Shown: one piece after another, positions 13,101 through 24,330 of the stretch
Numbering within the stretch: the first letter of the stretch is position 1
Layout: every line of letters starts with the position of its first letter
DNA from: Mizuhopecten yessoensis
Lineage: Eukaryota
Assembly (NCBI RefSeq): GCF_002113885.1
Contig: NW_018408441.1
Coordinates: 177,608-241,607, forward strand
Direction of reading: 5' to 3'
Length of the DNA stretch: 64,000 nucleotides
Notes under the pieces: model-generated
What the model was told of the DNA's origin: nothing
What the model saw: only the letters and a program-made list of their open reading frames with translations
The model's database searches: none
Made by a program: the position numbers and the translations under genes

Positions 13101-16100
13101 GATGACCACTTTTAGTGGACTTTATTTGGTGGAGTTATGGCCACTTGAATAACGAAAAACGTCCTTATCTGCCGTTTCTGTTCATTTACTCTATCAAATA
13201 TTTACACTCGGTCTCGATTTTAAACCAAATTTCATGTTCTCATCAGTATAGCCACAACCTTCCAAATCAAAATGGAACCTAATCATGTTATAAATATTCC
13301 TACTTGTACATATGCTATTAGAAGCTACCAGTATAAATGTACAATTTATAGACACATTGAACCTCTTGAATGTATTTGGTCATGTTCCTTTTTTCCCCTG
13401 AACTTTCCAGCCTATGGTGACCAAGTACAACTGGACCACTGTTCATTTCATCAGAAAGTTAAACTGGAGGAGTTTGAGAAGTCAAGGGTGTTAAAGATAC
13501 AGCCGTCTGTGGGAGAGGTCAGTAAAAATCAAGGGTGTTAAAGATACAGCCGTCTGGGAGAGGTCAGAAAAAACAAGGGTGTTAAAGATACAGTCGTTTG
13601 TGGGAGAGGTCAGTAAAAATCAAGGGTGTTAAAGATACAGCCGTCTGTGGGAGAGGTCAGTAAAAATCTAGGGTGTTAAAAAAACAGCCGTCTGTGGGAG
13701 AGGTCAGTAAAAATCAAGGGTGTTAAAGATACAGCCGTCTGTTGGAGAGGTCAGTAAAAATCAAGGGTGTTAAAGATACAGCCGTCTGTGGGAGAGGTCA
13801 GTAAAAATCTAGGGTGTTAAAAATACAGCCGTTTGTGGGAGACGTCAGTAAAAATCTAGTGTGTTAAAAAAACAGCCGTCTGCGGGAGAGGTCAGTAAAA
13901 ATCAAGGGTGTTAAAGATACAGCCGTCTGTGGGAGAGGTCAGTAAAAATCTAGGGTGTTAAAGATACAGTCGTCTGTGGGAGAGGTCAGTAAAAATCTAG
14001 GGTGTTAAAAAAACAGCCGCCTGTGGGAGAGGTCAGTAAAAATCTAGGGTGTTAAAAAAACAGCCGTCTGTGGGAGAGGTCAGTAAAAATCTAGGGTGTT
14101 AAAGATACAGTCGTCTGTGGGAGAGGTCAGTAAAAATCTAGGGTGTTAAAAAAACAGCCGTCTGTGGGAGACGTCAGTAAAAATCTAGGGTGTTAAAAAA
14201 ACAGCCGCCTGTGGGAGAGGTCAGTAAAAATCTAGGGTGTTAAAAAAACAGCCGTCTGTGGGAGAGGTCAGTAAAAATCTAGGGTGTTGAAAGATACAGC
14301 CGTCTGTGGGAGAGGTCAGTGAAAATCTAGGTATCTGTGTTTCAAAACTGATTGCATACGTCATATTGGAGATTGATTAAGCTTAGTTATAATACAGTAA
14401 ATAACATCACCTTTGATATTGATCTGTAGAAAAATAGATATTGCCATGTGTTTTGCTAGATATCGTATTTGATGTTGCATATCTTAATAAGGAAATATTT
14501 TTTCCAAGATCTTAATAATGTAATTTTTCACTGCACAAATAAAAAGAAAGTGCATAATTTAAATGAGTTTGTATGAATCATTTTAAATTATTTGTCATAC
14601 AAAATCACAAATAACTAGTATACTATTTTTGTCTCCTGACAATATAGAAATAAAGCTACCAGGTATTAGTGTTACTACTTGTCCTTAAAAATCAATACAA
14701 TTTACTTAATGTCTTAAGTAATCTAATGCTTGTTCTAGACAAATATCTCTCTTACATTTATGGTAGTTATACATCCGGTCTGTTTTAGCTTTCCTTGATG
14801 ACATACAGTGTGTCAGGAGAAGGTGCCCTCAGTCCACCATTCAGGATCTCACCATTTGTGGACAACACAGACAGCAGTCAGTAGGTATAAGTAGATAGTG
14901 ATGTAACTTGGGCTTATTATGGATGGTTAAATGTACAGCGATACATTTTCAAAAGTTAACTGCAGTAGACCAGGAATCACTTTGTAGATAAAGGAAATTT
15001 ATATATAAGAAACTTTCTGATCAAATTTCATACCATATCACGATTACTGTGTGCAAGAAAAAGATTTTGATGGTGACACTAGAGACATGCCCTAGCATAC
15101 ATTTCAAAAAGGTTCTTAGCACTAACAATTTTTGAAGAAGTTCCTAGCAAGTGTTCTTTATTTCTTCATACATTGCCATTGACCCAGGCACTTGCCTTCT
15201 GGTACTTTTCTTTTTCAGAGACATGCTCCTGACCGTGCGATTGAAGAGTGAATCCCCAGTGAACACACAGGCAGTAAATGTCTGTGTGCGTATACCAGTA
15301 CCTCATAACACTACCAGGTCAGTCTATCTATGTAATTACATTTTGTAATCCAGATTTAATCTCGTTTAGGTTTTCGCTAGATGTAATGCAAAAAATTTGT
15401 GACCAAGTGTTTGGGTGATATAGAGCTCATTGGCAGATCAAGTCAGGCACTGATGCTTTAGAAGAAAAAAAATCTTGTCCATTTTTAGCTAACCTGCCGG
15501 AAGGGCAAGTGAGCTTATGTTATGGTGCGGCGTCCGTCGTCCCTCTGTCCGGCGTCAACTTTTTACTTTAAACAGCTTCTCCTCAATAACCAAAAGGCCC
15601 AGGGTACTGATATTAGGCCTGTAGCATGCTGGGATGAAGGCCTACAAAGTTTGTTCAAATAAATGACCTTGACCCACTTTCAAGGTCACAGGGGTCAAAT
15701 ATGTTAAAATCTTCAAACAACTTCTTCTCAATAACCAAAAGGCCCAGGGTACTGATATTGGGCCTGTAGCATGCTGGGATGAAGGGCTACCAAGTTTGTT
15801 CAAATGAATGACCTTGACCCACTTTCAAGGTCACTGGTGTCAGATGTCTTTAAAATCTTCAAACAACTTCTTCTCAATAACCAAATGGCCCAGGGTACTG
15901 ATATTGGGCCTGTAGCATGCTGGGATGAAGGGCTACCAAGTTTGTTCAAATAAATGACCTTGACCCACTTTCAAGGTCACAGGGGTCAAATGTCTTAAAA
16001 TCTTCAAACAACTTCTTCTCAATAACCAAAAGGCCCAGGGTACTGATATTGGGCCTGTAGCATGCTGGGATGAAGGGCTACCAAGTTTGTTCAAATGAAT

Positions 16101-17882
16101 GACCTTGACCCACTTTCAAGGTCACAGGGGTCAAATGTCTTAAAATCTTCAAACAACTTCTTCTCAATAACCAAAAGGCCCAGGGTACTGATATTGGGCC
16201 TGTAGCATGCTGGGATGAAGGGCTACCAAGTTTGTTCAAATGAATGACCTTGACCAGCTTTCAAGGTCACAGGGGTCAAATGTTTTAAAATCTTCAAACA
16301 ACTTCTCAATAACCAAAAGGCCCAGGGTACTGAAATTAGGCCTGTAGCATGCTGGGATGAAGGACTACCAAGTTTGTTCAAATGAATGACCTTGATCCAC
16401 TTTTAACCTGATGTCCTTGTTCGACATTCAAGGTCACAGGCGTCATATGTTTAAATCTTTTTATAGGTTCTTATGAATCAAACACTGATATTCTGCCTGT
16501 AGCTGTATTTTAGTCCACTTTTAAGATTACAAGTGTGAGATTAATACCAGGTGAGTGATGCAGGCCCATTGGGCCTCTTATTTTGCTCTATCCATGAAAA
16601 TGGATGATATATAGACAGCATTGCTCATGTCTGTCAGTATATGCTTATACCTTAAAATTGGGTTGTCATCATTCTACTACCAATATCCTTGATTCTTGGA
16701 AAGAGTTTGTGTTTCAGGGCAGAAAGATTGAGGTCTCTCTTATTATATATAGAAAATGATTGCCATAGTTCTACCGTCCTCTTTTTCTATCAGATAGGGG
16801 TGAAACTGAACACCATGCTTAGTACTTGATACCTCAAACAAGTTCTTTATCATGATCCTGAGCCTAAGATCAAGATAACAGAATGTTAATACAGTAGGTA
16901 ATGTTTGGCATTGCTCTACTCCTCATTTTCAGTCAGACTTTGTTACAACTTGTAGACACAAGTGTCCACTTTTTAAATCAAATGAACAAGTTACCATTTT
17001 AGGGTTCCATGACCAAATCATTATAAGATGTGCATTTCTCACACTTTTCCCATTGAGAAACAAGAAACCCTGATTGCTTCTTGAATCCCCAGATCAGTTT
17101 CTGTATTTGTCATTGTTGCTATTGTATGACTTCAATGGTGCAATAAATAATTTGTAAATGCCAGCATACATGTGAATTTTATACTATTGATTTTCATTTT
17201 GATTTGCATTGTAATGTATTTGACTTTTAAGTTTAGCATTGGAGACCTTGACTTTTACTTTTGTTAACCTTTGGCGTTGATGATCTAACCTTTTCTATGA
17301 ATATAAATGCAGTGTTTCACAACACCTAGACGGCCCAGGGCAGATGGCAGAACTGAGACAAAAGATTGACAACAAGAATATTATTTGGAAAATAAAGAAA
17401 CTTCCAGGACAGACTGAAGTAATGGCTCGATTTCGGGTAAGATACCCGTAACTATCAACATGTAGCAATTTTCTTTGTTTTACATGCTAGGTCTCTTTAA
17501 TGAAACTAACATAAAATTCTGTGTACAGTGTATCTTGTTTATAGTATTTAGAAATTTATGCTAGATTCATATTAACCTATAGCTTATTTCAGTTTGTTTC
17601 TCTGCATTTGCAAAAATAAAATTAAAAATAAAATTTAAAAAAAATATTGATTTTAGGGTTTCTTAATATGTGTTTCTCCTTTTCCAGGTGATCAATCAAG
17701 GCAATGGGAAACTGAACAAACAAGAACTAGGGCCAATGGTTGTGGAGTTTGAAATATCTAAATATACTTGTTCTGGACTGAAAGTAAGGTTCCTGCACAT
17801 TCCTGTACAAGACCCCAACAACACTCCCCACCGCTGGGTCAGGTGTATGACTGTCAGTGATTCCTACCTGGTTAAAATTTGA
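4113..17882 (+). CDS. AP4M1: AP-4 complex subunit mu-1, 13 exons, about 445 aa
   Basis: Exons 4113-4170, 7193-7278, 7598-7704, 8144-8240, 10502-10615, 11126-11197, 11959-12024, 12412-12532, 13411-13517, 14789-14880, 15219-15317, 17313-17436 and 17688-17882 join in frame (1338 nt). Mu-adaptin motifs: MISDIFIVS, VFEVLDEILDYGYVQ, KNEVFVDVIERL, IKIGLNEDL, LDHCSFHQKVKLEEFEKSRVLKIQP, FEISKYTCSGLKVRFL..PHRWVR..SDSYLVKI. The C-terminus matches mu4 best. Confidence 0.93.
4320..5312. mobile_element. Degraded non-autonomous DNA transposon with inverted termini
   Basis: GATTACTGTGT..GGTCAAAACGGTCTCACTG..AAAAACGGCCC at about 4320-4375 is mirrored in inverted orientation at about 5250-5312. Confidence 0.45.
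5690..6150 (+). mobile_element. Highly degraded CR1/L2-like 3' fragment followed by a tRNA-like repeat
   Basis: Remnant WD..IEQ.E..QRFAA.F and SF..T..WN-like motifs; a tRNA-like segment (AGCTCAATGAGTAGTGCATCAGACTTGTTAAC..GGTTCAAC) resembles copies near 54570-54660 and 57800-57890. Confidence 0.35.
8247..9380. repeat. Minisatellite, 60-bp unit, about 19 copies, starting 6 nt after the AP4M1 exon 4 donor
   Basis: Unit CACCAGGCTCCATACATACAACATAGATCACTCACTTCATCATTGATAATAAAGACGTCT; it explains the repetitive ORFs at 8289-9513. Confidence 0.97.
9475..9822. mobile_element. Tc1/mariner (pogo-like) MITE
   Basis: TIRs CAGTGGAACCCGCTTATTAT ... ATAATAAGTGGGTTCCACTG, with TA on the left flank. Confidence 0.75.
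12780..13185 (+). mobile_element. Truncated Helentron-associated (HINE/pearl-like) element with about 161-bp internal repeats
   Basis: T-rich 5' end, CCCCGC..GGGGGATAT hairpin, (GTCT)n microsatellite, then two copies of a ~161-bp unit (12855, 13016). Confidence 0.65.
13482..14331 (+). repeat. 47-bp tandem array, 18 copies, made of the AP4M1 exon 9 3' end plus its splice donor
   Basis: Unit TCAAGGGTGTTAAAGATACAGCCGTCTGTGGGAGAG|GTCAGTAAAAA; the first copy is the real exon end (SRVLKIQPSVGE). Confidence 0.97.
15484..16582 (+). mobile_element. Complete non-autonomous Helentron/HINE (CvA/pearl-like) with about 6 internal ~146-bp repeats
   Basis: TTTTAGCTAACCTG 5' end, sub-TIR CAGGTGAG near the 3' end, GTCC-rich microsatellite, tandem ~145-146-bp units containing TGACCTTGA..TCAAGGTCA, 3' palindrome AGGCCCATTGGGCCT, T-rich flanks. 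Confidence 0.85.
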
Positions 17883-20800
17883 AATTAAATCAATTACTAA
17901 TGCATTAACTTATACTAGTGCTTAATCATGTCCCACTGCCCCCATTGTATTGGGGTTGAGTTAATTGTGCTGTTTATCAGTAATGAGTCTGTCTATGGAT
18001 TGCATTTTAGCTGACTTGTCATGTGTGAAATGATGTTATCAGAATAGAATACTGTGTATCCTCTTAAAAATGTTAATGCCATATTACTCCTATCAAACTA
18101 AATCATATCATTTTGTTTAAAATAGATGATTTTATTTTCTTGAAGACATTTCAACAAAGGTACTTGCGTACCATTGGATTGCAAGTTGACAAAAGGATAA
18201 TATGAGAATGACTTTGCATCAGATATCTGGGTGTTAATGATAGGGTATGGTAGCAGTGTACAGTAGCGTACGGTGATATTTTTGTACAATAAATAACCCC
18301 TGTAATATTACATGTATCTGAAGTTAAAAAAAAAAAATCAGCTCTAAAATTGGCATATACATGATGAATTGGACTATGTGGGCTTCACATTTAATAAAAA
18401 AAAATCGAATTTGGCTTGAGACTACATTTTTGGCCATTTACGAATCTGTGTCTACACAACAAAAGCTAGATTTTCATGTAGTCTATTTTTGTATACGGCA
18501 CATGTGTAAATATTGTGAAAAATCTAGTTTGACAACCTATGCTAAAATGTAAGTATCTGTGACTGAGTAGGTGATATTTAATTTAAGACAGGTTTTAAGA
18601 AAAAAATACTACTTGCGTGGGTTAAAAATCATGTTTTTTTGCATTTTTTGATGTGGTAACCATGGTTTTCACAAGTCCCAAATCTGGGGAAATCACTTTT
18701 TGAAAAAAATATTCATTCTTCTAAAAAAAACGTATTCAAAATGTAGTTTATAAATATATATATATTTGTAGGTGTGTTGTGCAGGATGAATCTGTTATCC
18801 ATGTTTATCCGAGACATGCCCTTTATTTTTAGGGTCAAGCCATTTCTACTGTACTCTGCTACCTATACAGTCTGTACAAGCTGTTCCTTATTTGCCACCG
18901 TCTTTTCAGTTAATCTGCTCTTTCACTGTCTGTTCCACTTTCTCTTAGAACTACTTTTTGGTGATTACTCAAGTTAGCTACAGATTTCACAGGCATACTT
19001 CTCCTTAACTTCCAGAGTAATTCCAAAAGAACTTTTAAAGGCTAATTTTTAAATCAGATCTTAAAGTTTTTCTCTCTGCTAAAAAAGTTGGCCAGCATCT
19101 TTGTCTTATAATGTTAATATTGTAGACATCATGCACCTATTTTTACTGCTAGTAGATTGAGTATTTTGTCTCGGACTTTGTAACCCTGATAAAATAAGGT
19201 ATAGCCAGTGAAATTCTGTTAATTGAATATTCAATGAATAAATACCAAAGTGTAGTTCCACAAGACATGTAGAATGTAAGTATTGTGACATTATGAGTGT
19301 GTGTGTGTGTGTGTATGTTGTTTGTGTAAAACAAATCAGAAATACAATTATTTCAACTTGTGCAATAAAATGTTTGACAAATTGTTTTGTTTGTTGATAA
19401 TGAACGACCATGACCTGTTTTCAATGTCCTTTATCAGATGTGTTAAAACTTTCAAAAACTTCATCTTTAGAAACATAAGACCTAGAGTCATGATACATTT
19501 TTATTTGGCTTATGTAGCTTCTATTAGTAGAGAGCTATCACATTTGTTCAAATGAGTGATACTCATGAACCACGTTTATGTTCAGAAGAGTCAAATATGT
19601 AAAAAACTTCATACAAGTTACACAAGTCAGTAAATAGTGTTATATATATAGCTTGTGAGGGTTCCTACCCATGTAGCTAGAGCAAACAATAGACAATACA
19701 AATAGATTTTATCAAAAGGAATCTGGGCCACTTTCGTTTATCGCGAACCAAACAGTTCAACCGGTGTGACCACTGTTGTTCGTTTATGAAATAAGGTCGG
19801 ACCTAATAATCAGATGCTGTTTTCAGGCGAGCCTTGACAAAAACTTGCACGGCTTGCATAGACTTTTGCAGGTCCGCCAGGAATCCCTAAATTATATACT
19901 TTTTGACGATTTACAACACCATCTACTAAGAAGGTTACCAGTAACATGGCAGCCCTTGACTGGGGTATCATTTGTGTATGTATAACTGCCTAGCTGCAGA
20001 TCTAGGATTTATGTATCACTACTTACAACACATAGAAATAGAAATAATCAGATAATTTAGATTTGGTGCTATTAATTGAATTTAATACATAAACTACTAT
20101 TGTTTGATCAATTGAAGTAAGAACTCTTCTGATCAATGATTTATGCTTCTATTTACATCTCGAGGGATTTTGTGCGATTCAAATCTACTTAAGTATTCAA
20201 ATCAACTGAAGAACTCTTTCTTCACCGGTATATATCAACTAGACTGAATTTGTTTTGACCCATTTAAGCTTCCAACTAGTCTATGGTAATAAATATCAAA
20301 TTAACTTTTTTGTCACTAGTGTAAAAAAAGACCTGATATTTTACCAAAACATTTAAAGGTTTTGTAGAAGATTTCTTATCCTGCTGGAATAAGTGTCATC
20401 TGTGGAGGAGAGAGTTGTTTGTGTGATTTAAGAAGTTAGGAAAAAAAGTTGTGCCACTGACAGATATTTTAGCATCTGTCAGATAAGCTTAATATTCAAT
20501 TTTGCTGTGATTTCGCCATAATTTCCGCTGCTCTCTTGTCCTTAGGGATTTAGGTCCTCATTTAGAATAAATTTTAATTTGCATTTAACAATCTTGACTC
20601 CATTTTCTAAGAATTTCGGTCATAAATTAAGTAGGGATTTTTTTAAATAGTTGTAGATAAGTCATAAAAAGACATTGCCAAGGGTAATGTGACCAAAAAA
20701 ATCAACAGTTATGTCATTTTCCATGTGTAACTGTTATAACTAATGGACCCCTATTGTGACCCCCTTTGAGGATCCATGGGAATTGTTACGAACAACTGGT

Positions 20801-21091
20801 ACCAGTATTCTTCATGCCTAGACTTTTTACGTATAAAAGAGAGAAGCTCTGACACTGAAAGTGTTCTTCAGAAGAAATTAATGTAAAGAGGCAAACAAAT
20901 TTCCCAATGTTTGGCCCCACCCAACCAGATGCAGTGGACCCAATACACAATTAAGTGACGTGAATTGGTATAGCTTTACTTAATGTGTCCCTTTTATTGT
21001 GGCCCATTGTAAGTCCTAGGGATATGACATGAACATTCTCTCTACATATGAACAGGAATAGCTCGGCATTATAGTTCTTCATGAGAAGACT

Positions 21092-22588
21092 TTATTAGGG
21101 CCCCGTATCGGAGATACGGGTGCCCTATAGTAATCACTCTGTCTGTCTGTCCGTCCACAAATTTTGTTCCTGGCTGATAACTTTGGTATCTATCGACAGA
21201 TGTACATGAAACTTGGCCAAGATGTTCAGTTCACAAAAATACACATTGAGGTAAAAAGTCAAGGTCAAGGTCATGAGGTTCAAAGGTCAAGGTCAAATTT
21301 GACATTTTTTCACTGATGAACATTTTGTTATGACATTATGAAGCAAAGTTGATCAGAATTCAACAAGGAGTCAACTGACCAAAGGTCAAGGTCATCGGGT
21401 CAGGGGTCAAGGTTAAATTTTGTATCTTTTCACTGGTGAACATTTCGCTATGACACTTTGAAGCAATGTTGCTCAGAATTAAAAAAGGAGTCAATTGACC
21501 AAGGTCAAGGTCACTGGGTCAAAGGTCAAGGTTAAATTTGGTACCTTTTCCCTGATGAACATTTTGTTATGACATTATGAAGCAAAGTTGATCAGAATTT
21601 AACAAGGAGTCAACTGACCAAAGGTCAAGGTCATCGGGTCAGGGGTCAAGGTTAAATTTTGTATCCTTTCACTGGTGAACATTTCGCTATGACACTTTGA
21701 AGCAATGTTGCTCAGAATTAAAAAAGGAGTCAATTGACCAAGGTCAAGGTCACTGGGTCAAAGGTCAAGGTTAAATTTGGTACCTTTTCCCTGATGAACA
21801 TTTTGTTATGACATTATGAAGCAAAGTTGATCAGAATTTAACAAGGAGTCAACTGACCAAAGGTCAAGGTCATCGGGTCAGGGGTCAAGGTTAAATTTTG
21901 TATCCTTTCACTGTTGAACATTTCGCTATGACACTTTGAAGCAATGTTGCTCAGAATTAAAAAAGGAGTCAATTGACCAAAGGTCAAGGTCACTGGGTCA
22001 AAGGTCAAGGTTAAATTTGGTACCTTTTCCCTGATGAACATTTTTTTATGACATTTTGAAGCCATGTTGTTCAGAACTTAACACAGAGTCAACTGACCTT
22101 AGGTCCAGGTCACAGTGTCCAAAGGGTCAAGGTCAAGTTTTGTATTTTTCACTGATGAACATTTTGTTATGATGTTAAGAAGTAAAGTTGGTCTGAATTA
22201 AAGAATAAGTCAACTGCCCAAAGATCAGGGTCACTGGGTTAATGGTCAAGGTCATTTGGGTCCCAAGGTCAAAGACAAAGTTGATCTCTGACTTTGACCC
22301 TGGCTCTTGATGGAGGAGGTTCATAAGGTGAAATAAAACAAATCAAAGCTAACAAATGAGTGTTGCACTGGTATTTACATTTCTGTTAGCCCAGCAAATA
22401 TGGAGGTGGAAGGAAACTAGACTCACATCATAATACATGTAAAATGTATATTTGCTTCCTTGTAATTCTTTTTGAAGTCCAAATGTCAAACTTCAAGCTC
22501 AGCTATATGGGCAGATCGCTTCTTGATGATTATGGGGGATATATTGCAACAAGACGGGGCCCTTACTGACCTGTCAGTGTTCTAGTTT
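21092..22588 (+). mobile_element. Complete HINE/Helentron-type element with a dimeric ~239-bp higher-order internal satellite
   Basis: 5' TTATTAGGGCCCCG with hairpin CCCGTATC..GATACGGG, (GTCT)n, alternating ~120-bp A/B monomers (period 239: 21331, 21570, 21809), 3' CGGGGCCCT sub-TIR, ACTGAC-CT-GTCAGT hairpin and CTAGTTT end. Confidence 0.85.
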
Positions 22589-22743
22589 GTATAACGTCAT
22601 CCCCAACCCTGAAGGTAATACAATCAAATGGCCAATGGTGCAAAGGGAGTACTCATAATGTATCCAAACTCTGGGAATTGTCTCAAGAATACCGCTAACC
22701 ACTGTTGTCTGGGTCATCCGATGACGTATCAACGATCGTTTTT

Positions 22744-24057
22744 TATGGGGCGCCGTTTTGGTATTTATTCACAAAATGTGATATCATTAAATCGATTTTA
22801 TGATATCATAAATTCATTTTATGATATCATAAAATAGACGTATTTAATGATATCATAAAAATCGATTTAATGATATCACAAATTCAAATTCATGATATCA
22901 TAAAATAGCCTGATTTAATGATGTCATGAATTTGAATTAATGATATCATAAAATAAGAAACTGTTAGCACGAAATAATGAGTTCTTCACATCTCAGTTCT
23001 AGTCTATGGACAACAAAGATGTATAGTCTATCTTAAATGGTGTGCTGATCCGAGCTGCCGAGACGAGAAGTACTGAATAATGTAGAACGAATATATTGAT
23101 AGATCATACCCCGTTTTCGTCTGAACAGATCTACGGTTCTCCGATATAGACCGCTAACGTTAGGCCTAAACTCATCTTCAATTTCATTGTCCAATGCTCT
23201 TAGAGCATTGGCTACCATTCCATCCATCTTCGTCAAATTGGCACCAATGGCAATCCAAACAGAATTACCGTTCTTTAATTCCACATCCGCTTTCTGAGGG
23301 AGCAGTCCTTAGAAAAATATATTTTTTGATATCACAAATTCGAATTAAAGATATCATTAAATCGGGCAATTTAATGATATCATTGAATCAAATTAATGAT
23401 ATAACTTCTTTTAATGATATCATATATTCGAATTTATGATATCATTAATTTGATTTAATATCATTAAATCGCTCGATTTAATGATATCATAAAATGGAAA
23501 TTGTGATATCATTAAAAGAATTTGTGATATCATAAAATCGATTTTATGATATCATAAAATAATTAGTGTTATTATTTTTTCATATTATTCCCAACAAGTG
23601 ATTTGCCAGGAGTGCATCACGTGTCCACCGATAAAAACCGATATTGACTTGGAGCGCATGATTTTTGTTGAAGGACTTGGTGTTTCTAAGAATAGAATTA
23701 TGACGTGTCTCCAAAAAATGCACTGTCACGCTTCCGATTTTTGTTGTCAGATTGCTTACATCACTGTTTTGAAAATTATAAAACAATTGTAGCTTTAACT
23801 TCGGTCGATACCTGGATTTATCGATCCGAGAAAAGATATATTTATACATTCGGACTGCGTCCTCGGTTAATATATCTTTTCTTGGGTTGATAAATCCAGG
23901 TATCGACCGAAGCCAAAGGCTATAATTGAATAATATTACAAAATAATTTATGATATCATAAATTAGATTTTATGAAATCACAAAATAATTAATGATATTA
24001 TAAAATCGATTTAATGATATCACATTTTCTGAATAAATACCAAAACGGCGCCCCATA
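22744..24057. mobile_element. Non-autonomous TIR DNA transposon, IS3EU-like
   Basis: About 57-bp near-perfect TIRs TATGGGGCGCCGTTTTGGTATTTATTCA..; 6-bp TSD GTTTTT (22738-43 and 24058-63); TAY..RTA termini; dozens of internal TGATATCA palindromes. Confidence 0.85.
23582..23936. mobile_element. Nested element with a subterminal ~145-bp hairpin (Crypton-like non-autonomous architecture)
   Basis: Short inverted ends ATATTATTC/GAATAATAT; long imperfect palindrome at 23784-23928 (CTTCGGTCGATACCTGGATTTATC..GATAAATCCAGGTATCGACCGAAG). The family assignment is inference. Confidence 0.55.
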
Positions 24058-24330
24058 GTTTTTTACGTCTCTGGTTTTGGCGAGGAGCATCTCTGGGACA
24101 GAGACGCACATTTCATTACAACAAAGTTCTATGAAATTATTTATTATTTTTACACATTTACGGTCAAATAAACGAAAAAACAACATTGAATACAACCAAG
24201 ACGAAGATATCAAACATTAGACTACATTTTATGTTGTTTTCTCTTATATTGCATGTGTATTGTAATGAAATATTCTTCTCGTTTTGTATTTTTCGGGGGA
24301 TGTTTAACAAAGATGCTAATCAATGATTAG

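Noticed and set aside
13482-14331. CRISPR-like look of the regular arrays (also 58481-59058, 51376-51560)
   Set aside because: Head-to-tail repeats with no unique spacers, eukaryotic context and no cas genes.
18290-20700. Possible DNA-transposon remnants downstream of AP4M1
   Set aside because: I could not identify matching termini, a TSD or coding motifs by eye.
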